A DNA stretch of 64,000 nucleotides from Octopus sinensis (Eukaryota): NCBI RefSeq assembly GCF_006345805.1, contig NC_043006.1, positions 64,108,001 through 64,172,000 on the forward strand, given 5' to 3'. The translations under genes were made by a program, and so were the position numbers. This document shows positions 25,423-37,399 of this stretch, in pieces (the first letter of the stretch is position 1; every line of letters begins with the position of its first letter). A model generated the notes under the pieces. That model was not told the origin of the DNA. It searched no databases and saw nothing but the letters and a program-made list of their open reading frames with translations.

Positions 25423-25628
25423 GGGCGGCGAGCTGGCAAAATCGTTAGCACATCGGGCGAACAGCCTAGCGGTATTTCGTCTGTCTTTACGTTCTGAGTT
25501 CAAATTCCGCCGATCCTTTTGGGGTCGATAAATTAAGTACTATTTACGCACTGTGGTAGAAGTAATCGACTTAATCCCTTTGTCCTTGTTTGTCCCCTCT
25601 CTGTTTAGCCCCCTGTAGGCAATAAAGA
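25423..25628 (+). mobile_element. SINE family A (tail type 2) with 17-bp TSD
   Basis: AATAATGAGACGAACTA at 25406-25422 and 25629-25645; head GGGCGGCGAGCTGGCAAAATCG. Confidence 0.9.
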
Positions 25629-25729
25629 AATAATGAGACGAACTATATATGGACACTAGTCCATATATACATATATATATATATATATATAATATATATA
25701 TATATATCTATATATATATAAGGATTACA

Positions 25730-26068
25730 TCGAGACCCCCTTCCATCATGAATGACCATGAGATTGCACCTAGAAAGTTACCCTCCCAGGCACATGTCCG
25801 GGCAAGGTTGTTTATGGAAGACCAGCAGTCGCCCATACATGCCAGCCTCCCCTCTCCACGCCACCAGTGTTATCCAAGGGAAAGGCAAAGGACGATACAG
25901 CTTGGCACCTGTGACGTCGCAACTTATTTCTACAGCTGAGTGAACTGGAGCAACGTGAAATAAAGTGTCTTGCTCAAGAACACAACACGCAGCCCAGTCC
26001 GGGAATCGAACTCATAACCTCACGATCATAAGCTCGACGGTCTAACCACTGAGCCATGCGCCTTCACA
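25730..26068 (-). mobile_element. tRNA-derived SINE with CORE-like central domain (family D) and 10-bp TSD
   Basis: A box TGGCTCAGTGG, B box GAGTTCGATTCCC, body TGTTCTTGAGCAAGACACTTTATTTCACGTTGCTCCAGTTCACTCAGCTGT (CORE-like by recalled similarity); TSD AAGGATTACA at 25720-25729 and 26069-26078. Confidence 0.85.
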
Positions 26069-26094
26069 AAGGATTACAAAAGGTACTAAATAAT

Positions 26095-26520
26095 AATGTG
26101 GCTGTATGGTAAGAAGCTTGCTTCCTAAACACATGGTTGTGGGTTCAGTCTCACTGCGGAGCAGCCTTCGGCAAGTGTCTTCTAATATAGCCTCGCACCG
26201 ACCAAGCCTTGTGAGTGGATTTGGTAGATGGAAACTGAAAGAAAATTGTCGCATATAAACGTGTGTGTGTGTGTGTGTTTGCGCTTGTCCGCCACAAATG
26301 CTTGACAGCAGGTGTTGGTGTGTTTGCGCCCCCATAGCTTAGGGGTTCGACCAAAAAGAACTATACAATAAGAACCAGGATAAAAAGACAAAATGTAAAA
26401 AATAAAAGAACCGGGGTCAATTCGTTCGACGAAAATTCTTCAAGGTGGTGCCCCAGCATGGCCGCAGTCTAATGACTGAAACAAGTAAAAGATAAAAGAA
26501 AATTTACAATGAGTTCATTA
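26095..26520 (+). mobile_element. SINE family B
   Basis: Full body; head-to-head with the family D copy. Confidence 0.85.
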
Positions 26521-28264
26521 TATCTATATTGTTATTGATATTTATGTTTATAAAGTGTATTTCCTAAGTAATGAAACAACTGTAACTTCAGAATTCAAAA
26601 TAATACCATAAAATCTGATCTTTGTTTTAAGTGTGTGCGTGTGTACTTTTAACGGCCAACGGAGACGGTTGACATCTCCCATTTGCAGCAACATCCTCAC
26701 AATTTAGCTAAACTGAAATAAGAAAGCATAGAGAAGTGAATACGCAAGCCCTAGTGTTATTTGCAACTGTCGCTGCGCTGATAGTTGCTAATCATTGATT
26801 ATGCGCAAAGCAAATACTCTGTTTAAAGATAATAAATATATAGTAAAACTCGTATGAATTGCATGTATGTATATTCAAACTGGTGTCTGAGCGAGTGTGT
26901 ACAGCAGCTGCAATACGCTGGAGTGAGAGATATTCTTACAAGATGTTTCTATCTCCATCCCCTTTCTCTCTTTCTCTCACACACATACATGCATACATAC
27001 AAACATTGTAATGATATATAAGACTATGAGTTCAGATTCGCGTATGTCTCGTTATTGGCTATAAAAAAAAACAGTTAATTCTGTTCCAAGCTTTCCTTTC
27101 ATTTCAGTAGAGGTTTATAAATTTAAAAGAAAGAAAATGAAAAGGTAAAACACCTCTCCACCCGCAATTCGAGGCTGAATAAGACTTTCTAAGGGATAAA
27201 TGTCAAACTCCACATACGCGTGTGTATTATGTGAGCGTATATGTCTATACGTGTATGTGTGCGTGTGTGTGTGTGTGTGGCAAAAACACACAGAGCTGCT
27301 ACTGATTCACTCCATTGCTACTCAGAGGTTCTCGTTCCGATCTTATTGGCGAGACAGACAGACAGACAGAGATGTCTACCCGGTCAAATATCTGTGACAG
27401 ATTCGTGTCTGGTTGCAACTGCAAGCCTGTCCCCCAACATCCAACAATGGAAACCGAGCGAAGCAAGTAAGTAGACAGGAAGTGACCAAGAGAGTTCACG
27501 GAGCCCTAATATTATATGCTGACTAATCTCCCTATGCCCTCCCCGCCTCCCCTCTTTCTCCCTCTCTCTCTCTCTCTCTTACACACACACACACAACCAC
27601 ATGCGTATTTTATTGGCTATAGCGAGTTTAAAATTCGTTATTGAACAAAGAAAACAATTAGAATACAGAATAAAATTTATAAGGTAAAGAAGCAGGAGCG
27701 AAGTAATCTTCACTGAGTTTAATTAAAATCTCGGAGTTGTCACCTCCTGTCTTTTTCTGACCCCAATTAATTATCCAGGAAATTATTTTTTTATATTACT
27801 TAAAGGTCTCATTTTAATTTGAGCTTTTCTTGATTTACGACATCAAGTAGACTCGCACCCAGTATACAGTTCGGTTTTCGTGCAGCAGGCGTTCCAGGGA
27901 AACCGTTCCCAGTCAATCTATTTCCATTCATCCTCTAAAAAAAAAAAAAAAAATGCTCCCCCGTCGTAACCACTTGACGATGATTCGCTGATGAGGTCAA
28001 ACAAGAGCGAAACATACCTGGAGTTGTTACTGTGGATTCTACAAAAGTGACTCACTGCATTTCATCTTTTACTTGTTTCAGTCATTAGACAGCGGCTGTG
28101 CTGAAGCACCACCGTGAAGAGTTTTTAGTCGAACGAATCGACCCCAGTACTTATTCTGTCGGTCTTTTGCCGAGCCGTTAAGTTACATTCACGTAAACAA
28201 ACCAACACCGGTTGTCAAGCAGTGATGGGGAAGAAACACAGAAACAAAGTTACATCTATCTATC

Positions 28265-28318
<54 letters not shown>

Positions 28319-28799
28319 TGATGATGATGATAATAATAAATAAATATATATATATATATATATAATAAATGCCAATATGAACTTCTGTGTGTCAGTGTGT
28401 CACACTTTGACCCTCTCTCTCACTATTCAATGACACTTCTACTATTCCTCCTGCTGGGGTGAGAGCAATAGTAGGCATAGAGACGGTGAGGGCGGTAGTA
28501 GATTGACTGTTGTGATGGTAATAGGGTGATGCTAATAGTATGAGCTGTAGTTGTGACAGAGGCGGAAGCAATGGTGATGATGGTGGTGGTGGTGGTGGCA
28601 GCCGAGGCGGTCAGGGATGACGGTGATAGTAAGTGATGCGAAAGACAATGATAAAGGTGGTAGAGGGAAAGGTGGCGAAGTCAAAGGTATTCGTGGTGGT
28701 AGTGTCAGAAGTCTGAATGGTGTGTGTATAGCAGTTGTGGTAGCGATGGTGGTGGTACTGGTGATGGTGATAATTGAAAACAATCAACAGAAGAGAGAG

Positions 28800-28857
<58 letters not shown>

Positions 28858-29272
28858 AAGAAAGAAAGGCTAGACAGAAAAAAAATGTATTGACCCCCGA
28901 ATGGGAAGACAAAAACTGTTGTTTATCATGCAGCTTTGCAATCAGTTCCAAGTCGACAAATTATATTGTTTTGATGAATATTGTTCATTGCTTGAAAAAT
29001 ATTGGTCAACTTTAATAAAAAATTTAATATGTACTCAGAGAATGAAGAGTCATTGTTGGGCTCAAAGCCCAATGAAGAGCCCTCCACAGGAGCTAGCTTA
29101 AAAGCTGCCCGATAGGGCCTTGAAGGGTTTAGTCGAACAAATTGACCCCAGTACTTATATCTTAAGCCTGGTACTAATTCTATTGATGACTTTTAAAGAA
29201 ATACTAAGTTACGTGGACCTAATCAAACCAACACCGGCTGTGAAGCTATAGTGGAGGGATCACAAACACAAA

Positions 29273-29327
<55 letters not shown>

Positions 29328-30844
29328 ACACACACAGAGGAATCTATTGGATAAAAACGATTAAGTAAACTCTTCAAGGCAATGCCCCAGCATGGCCGCA
29401 GTCTAATGACTAACTGGTTGTCAAGCAGTGATGAAGAACAAATGAACACCACACACACACAAAAAACGATTGGATGAAAACGATTATAATAAACCTGAAC
29501 GACATAAATCGCCAATGTACGTGGAAATAGGTATAATAATTACAGCGAAAAAGAAAAGTACTTTAAAAAACAAGGGTCGAAGTAAAGGATTAAAATTTAA
29601 GACGAAAAACAAGTAAAACAAGAGCAGCACTCAGAGAGCGCAGACTTCCGCCAATAATTAGCCAGAGATGATTTTTAAAATGAGAATACTAAAAATGAAC
29701 CCAACCACTCTCAAAGGTTAAGTAAAAAAACAGGAAAAATCCAGGATCTTTGTCTGGTACCGGATTGATCCCAAAATCTAATCAGTTTGTGCCAGTCACG
29801 AGGTTAAACATCCTTGAAAGTTTCATCTGAATCCATCCAGCAGTTCTTGAGATATCTTGCCGACGGACAAACAAACAAACACGACTGAAAACAATACCTC
29901 CGCCTTAGCGAAAGCGGGGGTAATAAAGAGACAAATAAATAAATAAATAAAGGTGGGATGCAGACAGAGAAGAAAAATGAACACGTAGAAGAAAAAAGAA
30001 GAGGAAAAATATCAAGAAAAAGAAAACAAGAGATAAAAGTTAAAATATACTGGCAGTTACAATGGGTTTCAAACGTTGGCACAATGCCAGAAATTTCGGG
30101 GGAAGGAATTAAGTAGATTACATCAATTGGTACTTCTTTTATCGACCCCGAAGGATGAAACGCATGGTCGACAAATTGCATCAAATATGGACGAACAATA
30201 AGTACGGTTCATAGGTTAAGTGGAAGCAATTGGAAAGCGTGTAACAGACAGTGAAATCATAAAGAGATTTAAAGGTATTATTAATGGAGGGTATGAAAGA
30301 GGCGGGGAAACAGAGAGAGAGAGAGAGAGAGAGAGACAAAGAAAAATGGCCAATCAAAATGAAACGGAGGAAATTTAATTTCGAAATATGTAAGGTCATG
30401 GGAAAAAACTACGTGGGATTATGTAGAAATCAATCCAATTAAATTAAGGTTGGCGTGATAATTTTTAGAAAATGAATAATAACACGAAGCAGAGTAAAAT
30501 ACAATAATATTTAAGAAACGTGTAACTTAAATCCTGCTCGATTAAAGTTTATGTTAGAAGATAAACAGATAAAAATCTAAAAAAAAAAAAAAAAACTCTT
30601 ATAAAATCATATGAAGATCGAATGCGAAATACAGAATGTATGACGTTAATTGTATGAGTCTTGATTTATTCAAATTCAATATTTCACAACTCGAGTTACA
30701 TGATGCTGCGATCCTCAGGCGACAACTGGTTACAATTTGGAGGCTGCCGTTCTTTGATGTGGATACGTAAATTACTTGTTTGTATTTGTTGATTGGCTAT
30801 TATTTTTGTGTGTCTTGACACAATAAACTACAAAAGGTGCAAAA

Positions 30845-31103
<259 letters not shown>

Positions 31104-31239
31104 ATCAGCAGACTTTGTAGCACTGAAACAGACAAGTGTGACATGTCCGCAATGGAGGATGTTATCGATGTCTAGGTCACAAGTGAATGAATGTAGAAGA
31201 CTAAGGAAGAAGAACGAGCAGAGTGAACGTTGTTAATGG

Positions 31240-32190
31240 CGATTGTACGCAGATCATTATGGGAAAGAATGCTTGAATGAAAGAACTTGCAGAAGATGGT
31301 TTGCAAAATTCAGAAGTGGAGATTTCAGCCTTGAAGATGAAGATCGAACAGGACATCCAATTGAGTTTGATGATAAGCTCCTTGAGGCATTACTTGAAGA
31401 AAATCCTGCATTATCAGTTGAAAATTTGGCAGTAAAGCAAAGTTCAAACCATACAACTGTTCATCGTCATCTTTAACAACTTGGAAAGGTTCCTAAACTT
31501 GGAAAATGAGTGCCTCATGAATTGTCCGAAAGCAACCGCAGATAATTCAGAAGTGGAGATTTCAGCCTTGAAGATGAAGATCGAACAGGACATCCAATTG
31601 AGTTTGATGATAAGCTCCTTGAGGCATTACTTGAAGAAAATCCTGCATTATCAGTTGAAAATTTGGCAGTAAAGCAAAGTTCAAACCATACAACTGTTCA
31701 TCGTCATCTTTAACAACTTGGAAAGGTTCCTAAACTTGGAAAATGAGTGCCTCATGAATTGTCCGAAAGCAACCGCAAATATCGAGTTGACATCTGCTCT
31801 TCTCTCCATTCTCACGAATGACTTTGTGACTGGTGATGAAAAATGGATCCTGTATTGAAATGTTAAACGTCGTAAACAGTGGTTTGGAAAAAAGGAAAAA
31901 GTTCAACCACAACCGAGAAGGAAAATTCATGGAAAAAAAGGTCCTTCTCTCTATCTGGTGGGATTGTAAAGGAGCAATTCACTCTGAAATGTTACCACCT
32001 AATGCAACAATCAATGTTCAAGTCTATTGTCAGCAATTAGAGCGTTTGAACCAAGCATTTAAGAAAAATAGACCCGCATTAGCGAATTGAAAAGGAGTGA
32101 TGTTTCATCAGGACAATGTGCGACCCCACTCTGCAAAGATCACATCACAGAAGATCGAAGAGCTTGGTTGGGAAAAAATTCCTCATCCAC
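31240..32190 (+). pseudogene. Mariner transposase pseudogene (Tc1/mariner, mariner family)
   Basis: RTCRRWFAKFRSGDFSLEDEDRTGHP (HTH), K*VPHEL (WVPHEL motif), VTGDEKW, KKVLLSIWWD, FHQDNVRPH, LGWEKIPHPP; multiple stops and frameshifts; truncated by a SINE before YSPDLAP. Confidence 0.92.
31307..31777 (+). repeat. Exact tandem duplication of 234 bp with 3-nt GAT spacer
   Basis: 31307-31540 equals 31544-31777 by eye. Confidence 0.92.
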
Positions 32191-32497
32191 CTAGGACTTA
32201 TTCTTTCGAAGCCTAGTACTTATTCTATCGTTCTCTTTTGCCGAACCGCTAAGTTACGGGGACGTGAACACACCAGCATCGGTTGTCAAACGATGTTGGG
32301 AGGACAAACACAGACACAAACACACACATATATACGACGAGTTTTTTCAATTTTCGTCTACCAAATCCACTCATAAGGCTTTGGTCGGCCCGAAGCTATA
32401 GTAGAAGACACTTGCCAAAGGTGCCACGCGGTGGGACTGAACCCGGAACCATGTGGTTGGTAAGCAAGCTACTTACCACACAGCCACTCCTGCGCCT
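32190..32497 (-). mobile_element. SINE family B (3' tail missing) abutting the mariner
   Basis: Head GGCGCAGGAGTGGCTGTGTGG ends at ~32497; joined to mariner at CATCCACC|TAGGACTTATTC. Confidence 0.9.
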
Positions 32498-32759
32498 GCA
32501 TGTATATATATATATATATTTTCAAATCAATTATTATATTTTAAAAAAGTAATGATAAGGTGACCAGCAAATTGTACCTTGATTTTATTTGGATTATGTT
32601 TGCTGGCCACATTATCATTATTTTTTTTAAAGATAATAATAATTTATTTGAATTTTGAATTTATACTTGCTCGCTAATGTTCGTTTGAAAGACACTGTTC
32701 AGCTGAACAGGCGCTCACGGAATGGTAAATGTATTTTTTTTAATAGTTTACATAGTAAG

Positions 32760-32820
32760 CCCAGCTGATGAGCTTTAAGTGTCAATTCGGCACAGGAAGT
32801 GAAATCAGTTGATACTGAGA
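32760..32820 (+). ncRNA. Type I hammerhead ribozyme candidate
   Basis: CAG-CTGATGA(32765-32771)-GCTT[..GTGTC AATTC GGCAC..]AAGT-GAA-ATCA GT TGAT-A(32814)-CTG; helix I is 3 bp plus a mismatch plus 1 bp. Confidence 0.55.
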
Positions 32821-32879
32821 CATCTGCCGTCCACTTTGTAGTTTTACAAATGGGGACGGCTGTTTTTTTAGCATATTTG

Positions 32880-32934
<55 letters not shown>

Positions 32935-32939
32935 TATAA

Positions 32940-33182
32940 AATCAAGGGTGTGAGAGGTATTGGTGTCAAGAAGACCCAAAGGTGTCAGGTAATGCTGAGT
33001 AAGTGCTATGGACAGACTATAGTTAAGCTCCCAGGTTCGATAATGATACGAATGAGGAGTCCAACGCAGGTCATATATTAGCGAGCATATATATTAAAAT
33101 TAACAATGAGATTAAAAAATCCAAGGCTGTGAAAGTTCTCAGAACATTTATAAAGATGTCTTACAGCTGTTTCCGGAATATT
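32940..33182 (-). mobile_element. PLE-type terminal repeat fragment between (TA)n tracts
   Basis: Minus strand starts with the HHR 3' half GGAAACAGCTGTAAGAC; inverted homolog at 34671-34763. Confidence 0.55.
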
Positions 33183-33204
33183 ATATATATATATATATAT
33201 ATAT

Positions 33205-34640
33205 AACGGGAAGCTTTATGAAAATAAACAAAAGACGAAGGCAGGTGGAAAACAAACGAACAATTGTATTAGTATGGCGCTCAGGAAATATAAATAAAAC
33301 AAGTCTTTAACGTTTCGAGGCCTACGCTCTTCAACAGAAAGATACACAGAGAGAGAAAAAAACACAGAAGAAGGAGAGAAAAAAAATGCGTGCAGTAGCT
33401 AACGAATCAACATGGCGATCTGATTTCGGCCAGAGGTCAAGATCAAACATGAGACGCGAGAGCGAAATAAGGGGAGATAATAGGTTGAGGGACCAGCTAA
33501 AAGTGCGTGGGAGGGGTCTGGATGTGTGTATGTATAGGGTTGGTGTATGTATTAGTATGTATAAGGGGGTGTGTGTGTGTGTATGAGAGAGTATTAGTGC
33601 GTAGGATTGGTCTGGACGTGCGTATGTATGGGGTTGGTGTATGTATTAGTATGTATTAGTACGTATTGGTATGTATAGGTTGTGTGTGGTGTGTGTGAGA
33701 GAGAGTATAAGTGCGTATGCGGGGTCTGGACGTGTGTATGTATAGGGTTGGTGTAAGTATTAGTATGTACTAGTATGTATTAGTACGTATTAGTATGTAT
33801 TAGTTGGTGTGTGTATTAGTATGGCACATCATATGTGATGTGATGTGTGATGTGTAAAGTATGTGGTGTAGTGAGAAGAAGAGGGGGAGGGGGAGAAGGG
33901 GGGAGAAGGGGAGGGGAAAGAAAGGGGAAGAAGAGGGGGAGGAGAAGGGGGAAGAGGAAGAGGATGGGGAGAAGGAAGGGGAGGAGGGGGATGAAGAGAA
34001 GAGGAGAGGGAGAGGGGAGGGGAGAGAGAAGGGGAGAGAGGATGAGGGAGCAGAGGGAAGGGAAAGAGGGAGGGAGGGAGAGAAGAAAGGGAAGAAGGAA
34101 GGGGGGAGTAGGGGTGTGAAAATGAAGGAAGGACTGAAGAAGTAGGGGTCGGGGGGAGAAAGGATAGGTGAGGAGGGGGGAGAGGGGGGTTAGATGAGGA
34201 GGGGGGGAGAGTTGAGACCAAATGGCGTATAAGAGCGAGAGAAGAGAGAAGATTAATTCCTGTTCACGGCGCAAACGGGAATCCGGATGGCCTCTGTGTA
34301 AGGACAAACCGAACACAGATAGGTGTTGCAAGGAGTGACCGGTGGAGCGGAAATGGCGTGAGACCGGTGTGTCGTTCGCAAGGTGGATGTCACGAAGGTG
34401 TTCCGCGAACCGGTCAGCCAAGCGGCGTCCCGTTTGTCCGATGTACAAGGAATTGCAGAGAGAGCAAGAGATGCAATAGATAATATTGCTGGAGGTGCAG
34501 GTGAAGGAGTGGATGATGGGATAGGGTCGATGGTGGGTGCTAGTGAGGCGGGTGGTGTTGGAGAGGTAAGGGCAAGTGCGGCAACGTGGGCGGGAGCAGG
34601 GGAACGAGCCGGGTTGGGAGGTAGGGTCAGGGAAGGAGCT
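33205..34640 (-). mobile_element. 5'-truncated Penelope-like retroelement: GIY-YIG endonuclease plus long low-complexity 3' region
   Basis: 34640-34245 translates PCSRPRCRTCPYL...FTCTSSNIIYCISCSLCNSLYIGQTGRRLADRFAEH...SRHF...RLRREQELIF (Cys-rich linker plus GIY-YIG, Neptune-like); then polypurine and GTATTAGTAT repeats, an HHR-like motif and (TA)n. Confidence 0.88.
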
Positions 34641-34771
34641 ATATATATATACATCCCTTCGAATATATAAAATATCCCGGAAACAGCTGTAAGACCTTCT
34701 CTTTATAAATATTCTGAAAACTTTCACTGCCTTGGATTTTTTTTTATCTCATTCTGTTAATTTATGTGTGT

Positions 34772-35087
34772 GGAGGCGCAATGGCCCAGTAGTTAGGGCA
34801 ACGGTGGTAGGATCGCGGTTTCCATTCCTAGACCGGGCGTTGTGAGTGTTGGCAAACCCTACTGTACTCTTTCGCCACAACTTTCTCTCACTCTTCCTGT
34901 TTCTGTTGTACCAGTATTCCAAAGGGCCAGCCTTGCCACACTCTGTCACGCTAAATCTCCTCGAGAACTACGTTAAGGGCACACGTGTCTGAGGAGTGCT
35001 CAGCCACTTGCACGTTAATTTCACGAGCAGGCTGTTCCGTTGATCGGGTCAACTGGAAACCTCGTCGTCTTAACCGACGGAGTGCCA

Positions 35088-35088
<1 letters not shown>
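34772..35088 (+). mobile_element. tRNA-derived SINE, family C
   Basis: GGAGGCGCAATGGCCCAGTAG...GGTTTCCATTCC head; tail ...CGTCGTCTTAACCGACGGAGTGCCAC then (TA)n. Confidence 0.85.
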
Positions 35089-35133
<45 letters not shown>

Positions 35134-36454
35134 GACAGGCTTCTTTCAGTGTGTTTCCTATAAGTCGCCCCGAGGGGATAGTAGAATACACTATCCCAAG
35201 GTGCCATGCAATGGGAATGAAGCCGGAACCATGTGTTCTGGAAACAAACTTCTTACTACACAGCCACACCTTCGCCTATATTTCAGCATTTCATTCCTAC
35301 AGCTGCTTTTACATACAAAATATAAACATTATCATCACCATCCATATCATCAAAACAGCATTAATTTGATGAGTAAACAGATTCATCAAAAATCTACGGC
35401 TGACAAATGAAATAAGCACTAAATATATATAAATATGCATCATTCATCTTTTAATTGTTTCGGACACTGAACTACGACCATTGAAGGGTTCAGTTTAGTC
35501 GAGCAAACTGACCCCAGTATTTATTTCTAAGTCTGTCACTTGGTTTCGCCGAATCGCTAATTTACGGGGACGTAAACAAACCAACACCGGTCGTAAGGCT
35601 ATGCCAGAAACACACACACACACACAACGGACTTACGCACTGTTCCTACCTACCAAATTCACTGACAAGGCATTGGTCAGCTCTAGATAATAGTGGAAAA
35701 TATTCACCGAAGGTGTCACTCGGTGGAACCGAACCCAAAACCACACGGTTGCAAAGCGAGTTTCTTCGCCACACAGCTATCCTGCCTCCAGGATTTATTT
35801 TAAAATAGATGAAGTGGGTTCGATGTAGAATGCTCGGCATTTTAGGGTACAGGCAGTACAATAAATTCCTAGACAGATACTGATACATACATACAACGCC
35901 CATTTCTGGAATCCTTCTTCACATATTTAGAAAGGATTTTTTTCCTCTTATAAATTAACTCTAGTGCTTTTCCAACACGCATGCACGCACGCACGCACAC
36001 ACACACACACACACGCACCTAAAAACAGATGCCTATGCATACACACACATTGTTTGTTGCTTCAAGATATCCCTGATTCAACAAACCTGACGATGAAATC
36101 CTCCCAGCCCTGCCATTAAAAACATTCCATTTTGTGAATTACTTATTCCCTACCACCAATCACTGTCTATCCAGTGCCACACAGTCCGAAATGTCCACAC
36201 TCCACTTGTACATAGAAACAATGGAGCTCAGTGGTGTCTATGCGACCATTTCATTCTTTTTCAGGAACAGCGAACCCCGGACTACATTATCGCACGTGAT
36301 CGTTTTTAAGACGAAAGGCGTGGCTTGAATGACGATCCGATTTCTGTTTCGAGCGCATCTAGTGACCATATAGAGGGTTCCCTTTTGGTACATAAAAAAA
36401 TATATTTTATATTAATGGCTGAGAAAAACAGAAATGAAATAAATTTAAATAATG

Positions 36455-36935
36455 GTTTCAAATTTTGGCACAAGGTCAGCAATTACATCGACTTCAGCGC
36501 TCAAGTGGTGCATATTTTATCGACTCTGGAAGGAAGAAAGGCAAAGCCGACCTCGGCGGAATTTGAACTCAGGACGTGAAAAAGAACGAAATGCCGCTAA
36601 GAATTTTGCCTGATGTGCTAACGGTTCTGCCAGATCGCCGCCTTAGTAAATTTAAATATGGGATTCATTGCGCAGAGAAAAAAATGTTTCTGTTAATTCT
36701 ATTTTAAGCTTACTTTGGGTCAATGTTTAATTATGGGGTCAAATACGAAGGCAGCGAGCTGGCAGAAACGTCAGCGCGTCAGATAATGTTTAGCAGCATT
36801 CCTTCTGCTTGTACGCTCTGAGTCGACTTTGCCTTTCATCCTTTCGGGGTCGATAAGATAAATACCAGATGAACACTGGTGGTCGATTTAATCGACTTCA
36901 AAATAGTTGTCGTTGTGCCAAAAATTAAAAAGAAT
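36455..36935. mobile_element. Head-to-head pair of SINE family A copies
   Basis: 36455-36645 on minus and 36748-36935 on plus. Confidence 0.8.
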
Positions 36936-37399
36936 TATTAGGTCAAATATTTTTTGTAGTTACGTAACGAAATAGGAGAAAGCAGAGGAGGGGTGACATC
37001 AAACTGAATTTTTCTGTTTTCCATTGTTTTCGTGTCAAGATAACAGAGATAAACAGTGATTAATTGGCTACTGTTGTTTTTCTACACTAAGCCAAACACT
37101 GTTCGAGTAAACCTACGATCTAAGCCAGTATCTATCAAACTGACAAAGTCAAGTTCCCCTCCAAATATGGGGGAGGGGCGTACGCGTGAGTGTTTGTCTT
37201 TTTCCTGAGCGGTCTAACTTCGCCATTAGCGCGCCAACTAACCCTAGCCCTAAATCCTAACTCTAAACTCTAATCCATATCAGGTCGTCATTTCACGGCA
37301 TGGAATAAGGATATGGCGAGAGACAACACGCTAAAGTTGTACCAACAATCCTCCTATATTCTCCGTGGTGTTGGGCAAGTTTGAAAAGTTCAAAACAAG

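Noticed and set aside
27985-28035. CTGATGA...GAAAC hammerhead candidate
   Set aside because: Helix II has a G-G mismatch and no helix I pairing could be built.
33816-34727. 303-aa ORF as an intact gene
   Set aside because: Only ~130 aa is GIY-YIG; the N-terminus comes from a terminal-repeat fragment plus (TA)n and the C-terminus from a polypyrimidine tract. The RT domain is absent.
34772-34845. tRNA genes at SINE heads
   Set aside because: A and B boxes are present, but the cloverleaves are incomplete and run into SINE bodies.
36250-36390. Exon after the strong acceptor TTTCATTCTTTTTCAG
   Set aside because: All three frames stop within ~65 nt and no partner exon is evident.
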